Shown: positions 57,301-64,000 of the stretch, piece by piece
Layout: each line of letters starts with the position of its first letter
How positions within the stretch are numbered: position 1 is the stretch's first letter
DNA from: Candidatus Hydrothermarchaeales archaeon
GTDB lineage: Archaea > Hydrothermarchaeota > Hydrothermarchaeia > Hydrothermarchaeales > JAZGAD01
Direction of reading: 5' to 3'
Length of the DNA stretch: 64,000 bases
Assembly: GCA_036444275.1 (NCBI GenBank)
Contig: JAZGAD010000053.1
Span: forward strand, 27,341 to 91,340
Made by a program: the position numbers and the translations under genes
Notes under the pieces: generated by a model
Database searches by the model: none
Told to the model about the DNA's origin: nothing
Seen by the model: the letters and a program-made list of their open reading frames with translations, nothing else

Positions 57301-58716
57301 ATGGGGCTAGTAAATGAGATTTATGGATTTAATACGGGAACAAGCCCAGATGATTCCGTAACTGGCCTTTTAATTACGGCTATGGAAGATCAACTTAAAG
57401 AACATTCTATGCCTAAGGACTATTACTATTTAACCGAATTAATAAATCCCGCTCAGTCCTATTGGAGTAGGAAACACCCTGAAATAGAAAGACCAAAGCC
57501 CCTAGCACGAAGACTCGCTCGAGGGAAACAGCTTCAGAGGATTGCAAGCTACTGGTTTAGGTCCCTTCCAAATTTTGCTGTTGAAGAAGGGAAAGTTGAT
57601 GGTGCATGGGTAGGACTTGATGGCGTACGTGGTAGCATAGATTATCGTTTTGGAAAATCTGTAATTGAATTAAAAACTAAAACAAAACTTCCTGATACGG
57701 CTGATGAGATAATTTCATTGTATCCTCAAGACCTTGAACAGCTCGCATTTTACTCAGTCATCCATACATTAGGGCATGATAGCAATTATCTTGTTTTCAT
57801 GGGGAATTCCAGTCCTAATGATCTAAAAGGTTTCAAGGTAATTACACGTGAAGCTGGATTAATAAAAGGACTAATAAAAAATAGAATGAATGAACTTACC
57901 AAAGCCCTAGAAAAAGAAGATCCTTCTTACTTAGGTAAATGCAGGTACCATGGAAGTGGCTGTCATTATGGGGATTCTGATAAATGCTTTTGCAAAGATT
58001 TAGATCCCATTTCATCAAAGGTTTTGGTTAGAGCCGTTGAAATTACTGAAGATGCAGAATTTACTAAGATGTTAGAAGACGCCAGGGACGCGTGTAAAAC
58101 CTCACCATCCTCTTCGATGACCACCTTTGAAATTATTAACCCTAGAAAGGGTTTCATGAAAAAAGTCGCCGGATTGGATTCTAAATGGGTAAAAGACCCT
58201 TTAAATGAAATGTATGAGTCATGTTTATGGGCTGCGATGAATAAGCTCCCCATTAAATTAAACCCTGAAGAAAAAAAGGAAGTTATCGATTCTCAACTCG
58301 AAGAACGAGTACATATCGCTTTCAGATGGGCTAAATTAAGAAAATCAGGTAAGCCAGATGGTGAAATTATACCGTATCTCAAAAAAATAAGCGCAATTAA
58401 AGACCAAGCATATACACTTAAACCTGCACCTTATAATATTGCAGAGCTAGGCATTGTCTGCGCTACATATGGTAAAAACACAGGTTACATTTTCACAGTA
58501 TTTCCAAAAATTGACAAATTATGCCGTGTGTGGAGAGTAACTTACAAAAATGTTGATCAACTCCTAAAAATTATCCGGAGAGTAATTGATACCACCGAGA
58601 ATGCCGAACAAACTAAGGATTTACACTCTCTGCACAAGTGCGAAGATTTCTTATGTAACGTTAGCTGTCCATTATGGCACGAATGTAATCCTACTCCCAG
58701 TAGTGCTGCGTCCTAA
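57301..58716 (+). CDS. Tandem Cas4/RecB-like PD-(D/E)XK nuclease with two Cys clusters
   Basis: GSIDY, VIELKT, QLAFY, C-x6-C...C-x-C; second degenerate copy (EIINPRK...CEDFLCNVSCPLWHEC). Confidence 0.75.
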   Translation: MGLVNEIYGFNTGTSPDDSVTGLLITAMEDQLKEHSMPKDYYYLTELINPAQSYWSRKHPEIERPKPLARRLARGKQLQRIASYWFRSLPNFAVEEGKVDGAWVGLDGVRGSIDYRFGKSVIELKTKTKLPDTADEIISLYPQDLEQLAFYSVIHTLGHDSNYLVFMGNSSPNDLKGFKVITREAGLIKGLIKNRMNELTKALEKEDPSYLGKCRYHGSGCHYGDSDKCFCKDLDPISSKVLVRAVEITEDAEFTKMLEDARDACKTSPSSSMTTFEIINPRKGFMKKVAGLDSKWVKDPLNEMYESCLWAAMNKLPIKLNPEEKKEVIDSQLEERVHIAFRWAKLRKSGKPDGEIIPYLKKISAIKDQAYTLKPAPYNIAELGIVCATYGKNTGYIFTVFPKIDKLCRVWRVTYKNVDQLLKIIRRVIDTTENAEQTKDLHSLHKCEDFLCNVSCPLWHECNPTPSSAAS

Positions 58717-59064
58717 AGTTCTTTAGTATTTTTATCCCCCAGTACCGGTAAACTTATATTCTAGACTATTAATAAGAACTATACAGGCAAAATTGGCTGA
58801 AGTGAAATTTCGAACATAACTTGTTTTTCGCGCGGCGCGTTTTCTATAGTTTAAATCAGACTTTATGTCTGTGGATTTTCCAAGTAGGATAGATTCGCCT
58901 TGACCCGCAAGTAACTTTCAAAGCGTTTTTTCCAATTATTGTTTAACTTTTTACAGCTATTCTTTAACTCTTTACAAGTATTTTTTGAATTAGCTTCCTC
59001 TTTGGCAAACTCTGTTAATTCAGTGTTTAAAAACTCCCCGCTAGTCCCAGAAGAATGAGTATAG

Positions 59065-59148
59065 CGTCGGGGGTGGGATTTGAACCCACGCGTGCTTTCG
59101 CACATCAGCTTAGCAGGCTGACGCCATACCAGGCTTGGCGACCCCGAC
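59065..59148 (-). tRNA. tRNA-Ser(GCT)
   Basis: GTCGGGG/CCCCGAC acceptor stem, TCAGC-CTGCTAA-GCTGA anticodon arm, long variable arm. Confidence 0.96.
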
Positions 59149-59152
59149 TTAA

Positions 59153-59465
59153 ATGGGCACGCCCAGAGGTGGAAGCCTCTCTCGAGAAACAGTGATCCGT
59201 GCCTAGAACTCAGCCCCGCTACCCTACAAGCATCGTTCGTCCCATCTACCGCTGCTCCCTTCCGGGCCTGACGGGTTTCAACAGGTAAGATTGCTTTGCC
59301 GCGATCCTCCGATCGAAGTTGCAGTACCGTCGATCCTGCAGGACGAGACCTCAACGCTTAGGCTCGGGCCGTCGCTCGTTAGAGTACATCGCCCTCTAGG
59401 CTTCAACCCCCGCGTATAGACGATTTCGGGTTACAAGGAACGCCTGGCTCCCCGGTCTAGCCCAT
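59153..59465 (-). ncRNA. ffs: Archaeal SRP (7S) RNA
   Basis: Helix 8 TCAGGCCCGGAAGGGAGCAGC, Alu-domain TGTAACCCGAAATCG, paired ends ATGGGC/GCCCAT, ~310 nt, directly upstream of tRNA-Ser. Confidence 0.93.
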
Positions 59466-59553
59466 AATATTTAACGACAGTGACGTATTTCAAGGTTTCG
59501 TAACTCAAGGTCTAAAGCCTCAAGTGATAAATTATGGAATAATAGAACGAATG

Positions 59554-61143
59554 CTAGAATATCCTAGCTGCGACACTCAAAAAGACAGGCCCTCGAACAT
59601 CTATCCGCTTATTACTACCAGTGATATAACGCATCGCTGGTTCACCTATCCTCAGATTAATGTCGCTGGGAAGCTTAACCCCCTTAACCCTGACGCTCAC
59701 CTCATTCTTTCCCTCGTCTACAGCTTCCTCTATACTGCTGGCCGCTAGACTGGCAAAGGCATCTAGATACTTGATACCTGTTGGTACGCCTTTCTCTTTT
59801 ACCTCTTCGTTTTCCTTGGATATGCCGTATACATTACCATCGTAGACATAGACCTCGTTAAGAGCAGCCGGACCCAGGAGTCTTTGACCCGTCTCTGCTT
59901 CCCGCAATTTAACTTCTACATTTTTACCCAAGAGTTTCCCCTTATACACCCGGAATTCACACGGCCCTACAGAAGATGCATGCTTTACTCCAGCTTCTAC
60001 GATATTCTCTGCTATTTTTCCGCCCTCTTCGCTCCTCGGTACGGCTTCAAGAGATATCATACCCACTATCTCCTTATCAGTAAGAGAGAGCGCCCTGTAG
60101 AACTGGGGATACACCACTTCCCTCAAATCCTCGTGGCCATAGAGAACCATGGCAAGCCTCTCTACCCCCAACCCTAGATTCATAACAGGGTATTCAATGC
60201 CGTACCTGGAGAGGGCAATTGGACTGTATACACCGAAAGTTGCGACCTCTATCCACTTCGATTTTGGATTATACGCATAGACCTCTGTCTGCGTATCCGG
60301 GGCATAATATTTAGACCTCTTCTCATCTAATTTGAATTTAAACTTCTTAAATCCAAATCTGGACAGCAAACCCTTGGCGACTTCTTCTCCATCTTCTACG
60401 CCTACCTCCTCGTCGAGAATTACACAAGAAGCAGAGTGATAGGTCTTTAGATGGCCTGCGTCTTCTTTCTGCTCTCTTCTGAAACATCTGTCTATGGAGA
60501 ATAGCTGAATAGGCATAGCCTTCTTACCCGAAAGCCCTTCTAGGGTCAGGAACCAGCCGCTGGTCATGTGGGAGCGTAGCGTTAGCTTCGATGAGCGAGG
60601 TTTAAGGCTCTTGAACTCAGGGAACACCTCATCCAGTATGCCTGTCGCCTCGCTGTCGCTTACCTTCAAAACCCTTGAGAGTTCGAAAACTAGATCATCG
60701 CCGCCTATATCACCGGTCTTATAGCTGCGGAGAATGCCTTGCAACTCCTCTTTAGTGACTGAGATGTCCCTATCATGTAATATCCTAAGCTTTTCATCTG
60801 AAATGCCTATATCCGGCCTTGGGAGACCACCTAGATAATAGCACCTATCAAGTACAGTAACTGCTTCCGGGCCGAACTGCTTGTGTACCTCATTGTCGTC
60901 AATGAAAACAGGGTTTATGACCTCCTCGAAGCCCATATCAATGTAGGCTTCTCTCAACCCCTGGAGGATATCATAGACTACGTTGGAGGTACCTCTACCC
61001 TTACCTTTACCCTTACCCTTACGTTTGGGCTTCTTTGCCCTATCTTTGACTACGAGTTCCTTTGTATCGAGCCAGGTCTTCTCGAAATCCTTCCTCGCAG
61101 TCTCCACGATCTTCTTGCTGTCCCATTTTCCCAAGGCAAACAC
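59554..61143 (-). CDS. sepS: O-phosphoseryl-tRNA(Cys) synthetase
   Basis: KQFGPEA..VLDRCYYLGGLPRPDIG, LRSHMTSGWF, FSIDRCFRREQ, WIEVATFG, NLGLGVERLAM, IDVRGPVF. Confidence 0.96.
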   Translation of the reverse strand: MFALGKWDSKKIVETARKDFEKTWLDTKELVVKDRAKKPKRKGKGKGKGRGTSNVVYDILQGLREAYIDMGFEEVINPVFIDDNEVHKQFGPEAVTVLDRCYYLGGLPRPDIGISDEKLRILHDRDISVTKEELQGILRSYKTGDIGGDDLVFELSRVLKVSDSEATGILDEVFPEFKSLKPRSSKLTLRSHMTSGWFLTLEGLSGKKAMPIQLFSIDRCFRREQKEDAGHLKTYHSASCVILDEEVGVEDGEEVAKGLLSRFGFKKFKFKLDEKRSKYYAPDTQTEVYAYNPKSKWIEVATFGVYSPIALSRYGIEYPVMNLGLGVERLAMVLYGHEDLREVVYPQFYRALSLTDKEIVGMISLEAVPRSEEGGKIAENIVEAGVKHASSVGPCEFRVYKGKLLGKNVEVKLREAETGQRLLGPAALNEVYVYDGNVYGISKENEEVKEKGVPTGIKYLDAFASLAASSIEEAVDEGKNEVSVRVKGVKLPSDINLRIGEPAMRYITGSNKRIDVRGPVFLSVAARIF

Positions 61144-61650
61144 CTGCCTTAACTAGCACCTCTCACACTATAAAAGTTTCTAGAATAAGAAAATAGAGGG
61201 AGTGATCCGGTATTACGACATGGCAAACACTAGGCAAGCAAAGACTACAAAGCTAGCCTCCACAAAAAGGGGTAGCGGAATCTAGACGACTTCTGGAGCT
61301 AACCATAAAAGACGTTCCCACCTTCAGGTGGAGCGTAATTCACTTGTTAATCGTCTCCCGTCTTTTGGATAGAATTGCCTATAGGAAGCACTCCACTCAT
61401 TTATCTGAATCAACTCTGCGGTTCTAGAATATGTAATGAAGTGGACTGTTAGTGAATGACACATTAAGAAACTGACAACTGAGAGGAGCAAAACAAATTA
61501 TAACTCCCAAGCGAATGAACAAAGGTTGATCAATTTTTAAAAAAATCAATATCCCGACAACTATCAAAATGTAGATATTGGTAAAGTCGTTCTTCCGCTA
61601 CATGTCTTGCATGAAGCCAATATTGCTCATATATCTTCCTTAGATTTTCA

Positions 61651-62352
61651 TCATTCTCTTTTGATGGCACTCTTGTCCGCCTGAAACTTTCTTAGAGAGG
61701 TCTTTGGCAAGAACTTTTTGGTTCTTTCATCAACAGAATTGAAATCCTTAAGCATCCATGGCATCATTCTCCACAATGCGTTTAGGTTACCTACTAATGC
61801 AAGGATTATGAGCGCAAAAAATAGTTGGTTCAGAATTGCTCCGACAACTACAACATGCATTCTAGTTCTTCTATGCCAAGGGATAAGAGGCGATAAAACA
61901 ACTTTTCCCAATGCTTCTGCTCTGTGAGTTGTGTAACTTATCATGAAATTACCAATTATTGCGAAAATACCGACAATCCAAATGTATTCAATACGGGATA
62001 AATAAACACATATTCCCAATATAATGGCCATATCCACATATCTATCAAGACAAGAATCAAGATATGCGCCATATGAGGTTGACATATCTCTTCTTCTCGC
62101 GATTATACCATCCACACCATCAAGTACATCAGAGATATAATAGAGAATTGCCCCAAACAAGAGATTGGAAAGAGCAAAACTGATAGCAGATAAAATGCCT
62201 AAGATAAAATTAACTATCGTTATCTGAGTTGGTGTTATGCTTATCGGAAGTTTTAAAACCATATTTGCAACTTGTTCCCTTACTCTATCGCCAATTAATT
62301 CGTACTTTCGAAAAATTACGTTTTCGTCCTCCCATTTTCCGCCGTTGAACAT
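61651..62352 (-). CDS. CDP-alcohol phosphotransferase, probable di-myo-inositol-phosphate phosphate synthase (DIPPS)
   Basis: TPTQIT, DVLDGVDGIIAR...G.YLDSCLDRYVD; downstream of ino1 and IPCT. Confidence 0.82.
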   Translation of the reverse strand: MFNGGKWEDENVIFRKYELIGDRVREQVANMVLKLPISITPTQITIVNFILGILSAISFALSNLLFGAILYYISDVLDGVDGIIARRRDMSTSYGAYLDSCLDRYVDMAIILGICVYLSRIEYIWIVGIFAIIGNFMISYTTHRAEALGKVVLSPLIPWHRRTRMHVVVVGAILNQLFFALIILALVGNLNALWRMMPWMLKDFNSVDERTKKFLPKTSLRKFQADKSAIKRE

Positions 62353-62378
62353 TATTTTTTCCTCACGAACGAAGTGAA

Positions 62379-63098
62379 TTAGAGATCTTGGAGGATGGAT
62401 TCTGCCATTTCGAAGTCTTCTTTTGTGTCCAAGTCACACCAAAAGGATTCCTTAATGTCATAGGCCTCCATGAGACCCTGCTCGGCAAGGGTCTGGATGC
62501 TTTCGCTCAACGAATATCTGCCCTTCTTGATATTTTCTTCTAGAACTTTAAAGAGATAGGGAGAGCACAGAAACATGCCAGTATCTATGGCATTATATCT
62601 CTTCAAATCCTTCCCAATCCTTCTGATTCTTCCATCCTTCACCCACGCCTTAGTGGCACCATCTTTGTCAAAGATGCGGCCAATGTTATAATCAACGCAG
62701 AGGGCGCACTCCTTGGCACCGATTTCATAGTCTTTGAAAACAGATAGCGTTCGAGGATCAAAGATGTGGTCTCCCATTAAGAGGATGAAGTTTTCTTTTA
62801 ATACCTTCCTGGTTTTATAGACGGAAACACCGTTAGCCCTCTCCCATTCTCGGTTTTCCACGTATTCGATCTTCACTCCATGCTTTTTTCCATCGCCTAA
62901 CTCCTCTTTTAATCTGTCTCCTAAATATCCGAGGACCACTAAAAACTCCTTTATCCCGGCTTCCTTCGCTGATAGTACATTCCTCTCAATTAGCGGGACA
63001 CCACCGAGGGGTACGAGGAGCTTGGGAATCTCATTCGTGAGGGGTCTCAGCCTACTTCCATATCCAGCTGCCAGAATCACTGCCTTCATTTTGCCCAT
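62379..63098 (-). CDS. CTP:inositol-1-phosphate cytidylyltransferase (IPCT)
   Basis: ILAAGYGSRL..PK, NGVSV, LMGDH, DGATK, IDTGMF, WCDLDT; adjacent to ino1. Confidence 0.85.
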   Translation of the reverse strand: MGKMKAVILAAGYGSRLRPLTNEIPKLLVPLGGVPLIERNVLSAKEAGIKEFLVVLGYLGDRLKEELGDGKKHGVKIEYVENREWERANGVSVYKTRKVLKENFILLMGDHIFDPRTLSVFKDYEIGAKECALCVDYNIGRIFDKDGATKAWVKDGRIRRIGKDLKRYNAIDTGMFLCSPYLFKVLEENIKKGRYSLSESIQTLAEQGLMEAYDIKESFWCDLDTKEDFEMAESILQDL

Positions 63099-64000
63099 CC
63101 CTGTTCCTCTTCAGGTACCCCCATCTCAGGGACGATCTCCCTTGCTTCCCCAGATGGAGCGCTGTTCTCCAGGATGAACTCCTCCACCAACTGCTTCGCA
63201 ACAGCATCTGGATACTGAACTGGAGGATGCTTAAAAAAGTAAGCAGAAACCCCGTTTAAGGGACCACCAATACCCCTGTCCATAGCAAGCTTCGTAGCCC
63301 TTACGGCATCAACCGCCACCCCAGCACTATTAGGCGAGTCCTCCACCGACAGCTTAACATCTATCGTGAGAGGTACATCCCCAAACTTCTTCCCCTCAAG
63401 ATGAATAAACGCCTGCTTGTTATCTTTCAAGAAGGATACATAATCACTCGGACCTATCCGAGTAGGCACTTCATAGTCCAATACCGACGTCACAGCCTCA
63501 GTCTTAGAGATCCGCTTAGACTCCAGCCTCGAACTCTGAAGCATATTCTGAAAGTCTGTATTCCCACCGATATTAAGTTGATAAGTCCTCTCAAGTTTTA
63601 CACCTCGATCCTCCAAAAGCTGGACCAGTGTCCTATGGAGGATAGTAGCACCAACCTGACTTTTAATATCGTCACCAGCAACCGGAAGCCCGGCCCTCGT
63701 AAATTTATCTGCCCAAAGCGGATCTGAGGCAATGAATTCTGGAATGCAATTCACAAAGCCGCAGCTGGCGTCAATGGCAGCTTGAGCATAGTATCTTGTT
63801 GCCTTTGCACTTCCTACGGGTAGATAGTTTATCAGGACATCCGCCTCGCTTTTTTCCAGTATTGATGCTACATCTACTGGTTTCTGTCTCTTGTCTACCG
63901 GTATCACGTCCTTCAAATATTCTCCGAGCCCGTCCATCACCGGGGCCTTTTGGACTTCCACCCCTAGTTCTGGCACATCTGAAAATTTGACAGTGCAATT
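63086..64000 (-). CDS. ino1: myo-inositol-1-phosphate synthase (5' end outside window)
   Basis: NYLPVGS, GDDIKSQVGATILHR, QLNIGGNTDF, SKRISKT, EDSPNSAG, FFKHPP. Confidence 0.96.
   Translation of the reverse strand, partial: NCTVKFSDVPELGVEVQKAPVMDGLGEYLKDVIPVDKRQKPVDVASILEKSEADVLINYLPVGSAKATRYYAQAAIDASCGFVNCIPEFIASDPLWADKFTRAGLPVAGDDIKSQVGATILHRTLVQLLEDRGVKLERTYQLNIGGNTDFQNMLQSSRLESKRISKTEAVTSVLDYEVPTRIGPSDYVSFLKDNKQAFIHLEGKKFGDVPLTIDVKLSVEDSPNSAGVAVDAVRATKLAMDRGIGGPLNGVSAYFFKHPPVQYPDAVAKQLVEEFILENSAPSGEAREIVPEMGVPEEEQGWAK

Larger units (their letters stand above)
57025..59125. mobile_element. ~2.1 kb integrated element relic at tRNA-Ser(GCT)
   Basis: Bounded by ~60-bp direct repeats of the tRNA 3' portion; AT-rich; a single intact cargo gene. 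Confidence 0.85.

Noticed and set aside
58863-59354. 163-aa ORF as a real gene
   Set aside because: It mostly overlaps SRP RNA and tRNA-Ser; only the part beyond the tRNA is considered, as an integrase relic
61144-61650. ~500-bp gap between sepS and DIPPS as ncRNA or gene
   Set aside because: No convincing ORF, repeat or stable structure recognised; possibly decayed sequence
415-63990. Numerous long antisense ORFs in the track (e.g. 9754..10506, 12570..13349, 28644..29372, 44494..45054)
   Set aside because: They are shadows of well-supported genes on the opposite strand, with no motifs
1-64000. CRISPR array or cas operon suggested by the Cas4-like gene
   Set aside because: No regularly spaced repeats and no cas1/cas2 seen anywhere in the window

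Overview
Archaeal chromosomal window from a probably thermophilic, anaerobic euryarchaeote-like organism. SepRS, di-myo-inositol-phosphate genes, an anaerobic cbi pathway, CheC and the SRP RNA-tRNA-Ser tandem would fit Hydrothermarchaeota or a relative, but this is inference. From left to right it contains: an anaerobic cobalamin operon with the CbiMNQO cobalt transporter and a divergent ArsR-type regulator; an orphan TadA/CpaF ATPase; feoB with a DtxR regulator and its operator; a multi-PAS kinase; a tetrapyrrole operon (sirC-hemA-hemB//hemL-hemC) split by a ~3.2 kb defence-like insertion (Fic, HEPN-like, nuclease-like, hsdS relic); a redox cluster (CcmF, CcdA, thioredoxin, two CuA cupredoxins, a membrane Fe-S protein, a PCYCGC protein); UDP-sugar genes; surface/envelope genes; a membrane-sector-only A/V-ATPase operon (I-K-C plus a small TM ORF); a 2 kb element integrated at tRNA-Ser(GCT) carrying a tandem Cas4-like nuclease; SRP RNA; sepS; and the DIP pathway. 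Four tRNAs are present. The best candidates for undescribed systems are (1) an ArsR-HTH fused to a transcobalamin-like (DUF4430-like) domain, a possible B12-sensing regulator of the cbi operon, (2) the CuA/Fe-S redox module with an NrfJ-like domain inserted in CcmF, (3) the tRNA-integrated tandem Cas4-like element with a split-integrase relic, (4) the HEPN/nuclease cassette at an hsdS start and (5) the stand-alone A0-like operon. All family calls come from motif recognition by eye; no searches were run.
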